Source: an uncultured Actinomycetes bacterium (GTDB lineage: Bacteria; Actinomycetota; Thermoleophilia; Gaiellales; JAICJC01). Taken from it: DNA of 64,000 nt. The notes beneath the pieces were generated by a model that was not told the DNA's origin, searched no databases, and saw nothing but the letters and a program-made list of their open reading frames with translations. Below, piece after piece: positions 59,527 through 64,000 of this stretch (the stretch's first letter is position 1; each line of letters begins with the position of its first letter). Made by a program: the position numbers and the translations under genes. The stretch covers positions 25,958-89,957 of the forward strand of contig CAVSNF010000004.1 of the NCBI GenBank assembly GCA_963729195.1, in the 5' to 3' direction.

Positions 59527-61041
59527 ATGAATCGATCGGCCCGACTGAAGCAGCTGGCGGGCCAATCGTTCGTGTACGGCCTCGGCGGGCTGGTCTCGCG
59601 GGCTGTCGGGATCGTGCTTCTGCCGGTGTATTTCCGGCACGTCTCGCGCGTCCAGTTCGGCGATGTCGAGCTGATCATGTCGACCATCACGCTGGCGGCG
59701 ATCGTCTTTCGGTTGGGTCTGACGAACGCGATGTTCCGCTTCTCGTTCGATAACCCGGGCGACGGAAACCGCGAGAAGACGGTGCAGACCACGTTCACCT
59801 CGGTGATGATCCTATCCACCCTGGCGGTGATCCTGGGCCTGATCTTCCTCGATCCCCTGGCTCACGTTCTGGGCGGCCGGGCGCTCACGATCATCGGCCT
59901 GACCGGCCTTTGGGTGACGATGAACTTCGACATCGTCACCGGCATCTACCGGATCGAGCGGCGGCCCACCGCGTTCGTCGTGTACTCGCTGACGAACGTC
60001 GCAATCACGGTGGTGATGACGGTGCTTCTGGTGGTGCATTGGCACCACGAGGCCGCCGGGCTGATGATCGGCAACTTCTCCGGCACCTACGTCACCTACT
60101 TCCTGATGCTGATCGCCCGCCGCGACGTGATTGGGTTTCGGCTGTTCAATCGTGAGCTGTTACGCCGGATGCTGCACTTCTCGGTGCCCCTGATCCCCGC
60201 CGGCCTGGCCCTGTGGGCGCTGAACGTCGCCGATCGCTTCCAGGTCAAGTACCTGGGCTCGCCGGCGCTTCTAGGCTCGTACTCGGCGGCCTCCAAGATC
60301 GCGCTTTCGATCATGCTGCTGATCGCGGCGTTCCAGACCGCCTGGCCGGCCTTCGCCAACTCGATGCCGTCGGAGGACGAGACCCGCAAGGTGTATGCGG
60401 TGGTGCTGACGTACTGGTCGATGGTGATGGCCTGGGCGGTGGTGGCGATCAGCCTGGCGACCCCGACGTATGTGCACGTGGCGCTGCCCAAGTCGGTGTG
60501 GGACGCAGCGCCGGTGGTGCCGCTGCTGATGTTCGGGTCGGTGCTGTTCGGCGCCTACCTGATTCTCAACGCCGGGGTCAACCGCTCCAAGAAGACTCGC
60601 TTCACGCCGGTGGTGGCGACCACCGCGGCGCTCGTCAACGTCGGCATCAACTTCGCGCTGATCCCGTGGATCGGTATCGTCGGCGCAGGCGTCTCGACCG
60701 TGATCGGGTATGTGGTGCTGGTCTACCTGGGCTGGCGCAACGCCCAGCACTCCTACCCGGTGGATTACGAATGGAGCCGGGTGATCCGTACGGCCCTGGT
60801 AGCCGCGGCGTTCGTCCTGCTGTCGATGCTGGTGATTCCCGCCACCGGCTGGGTGGGAGTGCCGCTGCGGATCATCCTCGCGGTGCTCTTCCCGGTCGGA
60901 TTGGTGGCGACCGGAGTGGTTCACCGGGGCGAGGTCGGCCGGGTGCGCGACAACCTCAAGGCGATGGGCAAGCGCCGCAGCAAGGCAGCCGTGCTCGAAG
61001 CCGAAGAAGAGGAAGCGATCGAGGAAGAGCCCGTCGCCTGA
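59527..61041 (+). CDS. Polysaccharide/oligosaccharide flippase (Wzx/MOP superfamily) membrane protein
   Basis: Intact 504-aa ORF with about 12-14 TM helices and an acidic C-terminal tail. TGA stop lies inside palindrome copy 9. Confidence 0.78.
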   Translation: MNRSARLKQLAGQSFVYGLGGLVSRAVGIVLLPVYFRHVSRVQFGDVELIMSTITLAAIVFRLGLTNAMFRFSFDNPGDGNREKTVQTTFTSVMILSTLAVILGLIFLDPLAHVLGGRALTIIGLTGLWVTMNFDIVTGIYRIERRPTAFVVYSLTNVAITVVMTVLLVVHWHHEAAGLMIGNFSGTYVTYFLMLIARRDVIGFRLFNRELLRRMLHFSVPLIPAGLALWALNVADRFQVKYLGSPALLGSYSAASKIALSIMLLIAAFQTAWPAFANSMPSEDETRKVYAVVLTYWSMVMAWAVVAISLATPTYVHVALPKSVWDAAPVVPLLMFGSVLFGAYLILNAGVNRSKKTRFTPVVATTAALVNVGINFALIPWIGIVGAGVSTVIGYVVLVYLGWRNAQHSYPVDYEWSRVIRTALVAAAFVLLSMLVIPATGWVGVPLRIILAVLFPVGLVATGVVHRGEVGRVRDNLKAMGKRRSKAAVLEAEEEEAIEEEPVA

Positions 61042-61068
61042 ATAACGGTGCCAGGCACCGTTATTCAC
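61039..61068. repeat. Palindromic element copy 9: TGAATAACGGTGCC-A-GGCACCGTTATTCAC
   Basis: Read directly. Its first three bases are the flippase TGA stop. Confidence 0.95.
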
Positions 61069-61093
61069 CGAACGTCGATGTACGACTGACGCC

Positions 61094-61114
61094 CTGAGGC
61101 GAAGGCCGCCTCAG
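61094..61114. other. Perfect 8-bp hairpin CTGAGGCG-AAGGC-CGCCTCAG between palindrome copy 9 and repeat-B copy
   Basis: Read directly. It occupies the position held by the variant palindrome at the 43275 locus. Confidence 0.5.
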
Positions 61115-61121
61115 TCTGTGG

Positions 61122-61219
61122 CAAGGATCGAGCGGCGGGCGGAGCGGAGGCGTGGTAAAGCCACATGGAGCACCGCACCGCCGCGTGGGACGCCGCCACG
61201 GGCCCAACGGCCAGCCTCA
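61122..61219. repeat. Second repeat family, copy B (77-nt core 61122-61198 + variable 12 nt + CCAGCCTCA containing the rsgA stop)
   Basis: See copy A. Same order and orientation relative to the palindrome and to the convergent minus-strand gene. Confidence 0.85.
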
Positions 61220-62290
61220 GTAGGCGTCGGTTTTCATGGATTTGGTGATGGCGGCCCAGCGGCGGCGTTCCTCCGAGCGGGCACCCTTGTCGTCGCGGGT
61301 GGCTTGGAAGTGCAGCTCTCGCTGGAGCTTTCGGTAGCTCTCCAGCCGCTCCGCCGGCAGCGTGCCGGCGGCGATCGCAGCCCGCACCGCGCAGCCCGGT
61401 TCGGTCTCGTGCATGCAGTCGCGAAACTTGCACTGGGCCGCCAGCTCCTCCACGTCGTCGAAGGTCTGGGCGACGCCCTCGTCGGCCTCCCACAGCTGCA
61501 TCACCCGCATCCCGGGGGTGTCGATGATGCACCCGCCGCCGGGGAGTGCAATCAGCTCGCGATGAGTGGTCGTGTGACGCCCGCGGCCGTCGTCGCGGAT
61601 CTCGCGCGTGGCCAGCCGCTCCTCGTCGATCAGCCGGTTGATCAGCGTCGACTTGCCCACGCCTGACGACCCCACCGCGGCCGCGGTGCCGCTGCGTCCA
61701 ACCAGCTCGCGCAGCTCATCGATGCCCTCACCTGTGACCGAGGAGATCACCTGAATCGGCACCCCGGCTGCGACAGCGTCGACCGTGCGCACCGCCGCCG
61801 GCACGTCGTCGCAGACGTCGGCCTTGGTCAGGACGATCACCGGATTGGCTCCGCTCTCCCAGGCCACGGCCAGGTACCGCTCGATCCGGCGCGGATTGAG
61901 ATCCTGGTTCAGCGACGACACCAGCAGGGCGAGATCCACGTTGGCCGCCACCACCTGCTCGGTGGTGACCTCGCCGGCCGCGTTTCGCACAAACGCCGAC
62001 CGCCGGGGCAGCATGGCGGATACCTGGACGCGCTCGCTGGTCGGATCGCCGTCGTGCACGACCCAGTCTCCGACCGCCGGCCGGTCGATCGGTGAACTGG
62101 TTGCTTTGCGCATCGCGCCGGTCATCTCGGCCCAGCGATCGCCGCCGGTGACCGCGAGCACGTACGCCCCGCGGTGTTGGATGATCACGCGGCCCGGCTC
62201 GAGGCCGGCCGCTGCGTATGGTTCGAAGGCGGATGCCCAATCGGCATCCCACCCATAGCGTTCGAGATTCACTCGGGACTCCTGAGTCAT
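61217..62290 (-). CDS. rsgA: Ribosome small-subunit-dependent GTPase A
   Basis: ...VVLTKADV... (NKxD-like), ...VGSSGVGKSTLIN... (P-loop), ...GRHTTT..., zinc cluster CKFRDCMHETEPGCAV. Intact 357 aa. Confidence 0.9.
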   Translation of the reverse strand: MTQESRVNLERYGWDADWASAFEPYAAAGLEPGRVIIQHRGAYVLAVTGGDRWAEMTGAMRKATSSPIDRPAVGDWVVHDGDPTSERVQVSAMLPRRSAFVRNAAGEVTTEQVVAANVDLALLVSSLNQDLNPRRIERYLAVAWESGANPVIVLTKADVCDDVPAAVRTVDAVAAGVPIQVISSVTGEGIDELRELVGRSGTAAAVGSSGVGKSTLINRLIDEERLATREIRDDGRGRHTTTHRELIALPGGGCIIDTPGMRVMQLWEADEGVAQTFDDVEELAAQCKFRDCMHETEPGCAVRAAIAAGTLPAERLESYRKLQRELHFQATRDDKGARSEERRRWAAITKSMKTDAY

Positions 62291-62466
62291 GGGAAACGAC
62301 AGTGCCGGCTCTCAGGCGGCAGTTGGCTCAGGAGACGAACGCTCGAGCTCAGACAGGCGGCCTGGAGGCGGGGGAACACAGATCGGTTTTCATGGCCGCC
62401 TCCTTTCGTAACTGGCGTCGTCTGAACGGTTCGTGCACTCAGACTAGTCCACCGCGATGACGTTCG

Positions 62467-63417
62467 TCAATCGGCAGTGCCACGTACCGCCAGCGCCTTC
62501 AGCGACAGCATCTCGTGGCAGGCGCTCGCCGCCAGCCAGGAGGTGATCCCCGCCGGATCGTACGCAGGCGCCACCTCGACGCAATCGAATCCTCGGAAAT
62601 CGATGCCCTCGAGCGCCCGCAGATAGGCCATCGCCTGGGCGCTGGTAGGGCCTCCCACCTCGGGCGTGCCGGTACCCGGCGCAAACGCCGGATCGACAAA
62701 ATCGATATCGAAGCTGAGGAAGGCGCGCCGGTCGCCGACGCGGGCGCGAACCCGGTCGCCGTACTCGGCGGGGGTCAGCTCAGCCATCTCCAGCCACGGG
62801 ATCGCGTCGTAGCCGAGGTCGGCTGAGGCCGTCTCGTCCGCGGCCCCGTAGAGCGTTCCGCGCATCCCCGCCTGCACCGACGCGGTTGGGTCCACCAGGC
62901 CCTCCTCCACCGCCCGCTTGAACACCGTGCCGTGGAAATAGCGAACGCCGTAGTACTGCTCCCACACATCGGCGTGGGCATCCAGGTGCACCAGCGCCAG
63001 CGGGCCGTGCACCGCCGCGGCCGCCCGCAACTCCCCGAGCACCATCGAGTGGTCACCGCCCAGGCACAGCGGGGTCACCCCGGCGGCATGCACAGGGGCC
63101 AGAAACTCCTCGATCTGGGTGAGCGTCAGCTCGTGATAGCCGGGAACCGTAGGCGCGTCGCCGTAATCCACCATCGACAACACCTCGTGCACGTCCACGT
63201 GCAAGTTGGGGTTGTACGGACGCAGCAGGGCCGATGCCGAGCGAATCCCCTCCGGGCCGAAGCGCGCACCCGACTTGAACGAGACGGCGTCGTCGGTGGG
63301 AATCCCGATCACCACCACATCGACATCCTCGAGCGTCTGGACGTGGGGCAGGCGCATGAATGTGCGCGGCCCGCTGAAGCGGGGCATGATCGAGGCATCG
63401 ATCGGGCGGTAGTGCAT
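62467..63417 (-). CDS. speB: Agmatinase / ureohydrolase family enzyme
   Basis: From ATG 63417: ...VVIGIPTDDAVSF..., ...LGGDHSM..., ...VHLDAHAD..., ...LSFDIDFVDPAFAPGTGTPE... (Mn-binding motifs). The upstream part of ORF 62467..63945 is antisense to the next gene. Confidence 0.88.
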   Translation of the reverse strand: MHYRPIDASIMPRFSGPRTFMRLPHVQTLEDVDVVVIGIPTDDAVSFKSGARFGPEGIRSASALLRPYNPNLHVDVHEVLSMVDYGDAPTVPGYHELTLTQIEEFLAPVHAAGVTPLCLGGDHSMVLGELRAAAAVHGPLALVHLDAHADVWEQYYGVRYFHGTVFKRAVEEGLVDPTASVQAGMRGTLYGAADETASADLGYDAIPWLEMAELTPAEYGDRVRARVGDRRAFLSFDIDFVDPAFAPGTGTPEVGGPTSAQAMAYLRALEGIDFRGFDCVEVAPAYDPAGITSWLAASACHEMLSLKALAVRGTAD

Positions 63418-63441
63418 CGGCCGATCGTATAGCGTTCGGCC

Positions 63442-64000
63442 GTGGATCTGGGATTGAACGGCACGGTCGCGATCGTGGGCGGCGCCTCCTCCGGGATGGG
63501 CCTTGCGATCGCACGCGCTCTGGCCGCCGAGGGCACCGCCGTGACGATGCTGGCCCGCGACCCCGATCGCCTGGCCACCGCGGCCGACTCGGTACCCGGC
63601 GCGATCACCGTGGCCGGCGACGTGCGCGACCGTGACGTACTGGTGCGGACGGTCGACCAGACGGTTGCCCAGCACGGCCAACTCGACATCGTCATCAACA
63701 ACGCCGGCGGTCCATCGCCGGGGACGTTCGATTCGACTCCCGAGGACGCCTGGCTGGACGCCTTCGAGCTGTCGCTGCACGCCACCATCCGCCTGACCAA
63801 ACTGGCATTGCCGCACCTGCGCGCCAGCGGCCGCGGCAGAGTCGTCAACATCACCTCGTGGTCGGTGCGCGAGCCGATTCCCAACCTGATCCTCTCCAAC
63901 ACGATCCGCCCGGGCGTGATCGGCTGGGCCAAGACCATCGCCCACGAGCTCGGCCCCGAGGGCATCACCGTCAACACCGTGGCGCCGGGAATGATCGACA
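63442..64000 (+). CDS. SDR family oxidoreductase (3' end outside window)
   Basis: Hand translation from GTG 63442: VDLGLNGTVAIVGGASSGMGLAIARALAAEG...IVINNAGGPSPG...ITVNTVAPGMID. Open to the window end, so it is absent from the ORF track. Confidence 0.8.
   Translation, partial: MDLGLNGTVAIVGGASSGMGLAIARALAAEGTAVTMLARDPDRLATAADSVPGAITVAGDVRDRDVLVRTVDQTVAQHGQLDIVINNAGGPSPGTFDSTPEDAWLDAFELSLHATIRLTKLALPHLRASGRGRVVNITSWSVREPIPNLILSNTIRPGVIGWAKTIAHELGPEGITVNTVAPGMID

Noticed and set aside
3145-61068. The palindromic repeats as a CRISPR array or as terminal inverted repeats of an IS or transposon.
   Set aside because: Copies are kilobases apart with ordinary housekeeping genes between them. There is no regular repeat-spacer periodicity, no cas genes, and no transposase or integrase ORF anywhere in the window.

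Overview
High-GC bacterial chromosome segment with G/C-dominated third codon positions, so most long antisense ORFs in the track are shadows. Gene content looks actinobacterial: Ku/LigD, SigK/RskA-like pair, Asp23, zwf-gnd-pgl. The long Alu-type SRP RNA and the icd-mdh arrangement hint at a deep-branching lineage, but that is inference only. I support about 62 protein genes, 2 tRNAs (Val-CAC, Ser-GGA) and one SRP RNA. I saw no rRNA, CRISPR array, transposase or integrase.

Most genes are housekeeping:
- Pentose-phosphate cluster (rpiA, pgl, gnd, zwf), plus ndh and pgi.
- The ffs-dnaX-ybaB-recR block, and ask-asd.
- TCA and gluconeogenesis genes: sdhA-sdhB plus an HdrB-like subunit, pckA, citrate synthase, icd, mdh.
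- DNA-end repair genes: SbcD/SbcC-like pair, recQ, ku, ligD.
- Two ECF sigma modules, two ABC exporters, rsgA and agmatinase.

Four things stand out:
1. A 29-31 bp perfect palindrome, (G)TGAATAACGGTGCC-N-GGCACCGTTATTCA(C), occurs 9 times at 7 loci. Every copy sits at a gene 3' end, and 11 gene stop codons lie inside or within 3 nt of a copy.
2. A second, structured repeat of about 100 nt lies next to two palindrome loci. Its end supplies the TGA stops of recQ and rsgA.
3. A translationally coupled pair encodes a non-pyrrolysine MttB-family methyltransferase and a histidine-ammonia-lyase homolog that lacks the Ala-Ser-Gly MIO triad (ergothionase-like).
4. By my reading there are about 32 single-base frame disruptions in about 25 otherwise well-conserved genes, many of them essential. 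This most likely reflects indel errors in the assembly rather than real pseudogenes.

Smaller items:
- An orphan 56-aa Flp pilin gene that is missing from the ORF track.
- An AbiEi-like/Fic fusion next to tRNA-Val.
- A non-classical succinate dehydrogenase.
- A GTCAC-rich tract.

All coordinates of frame switches and RNA ends are hand-derived and approximate.
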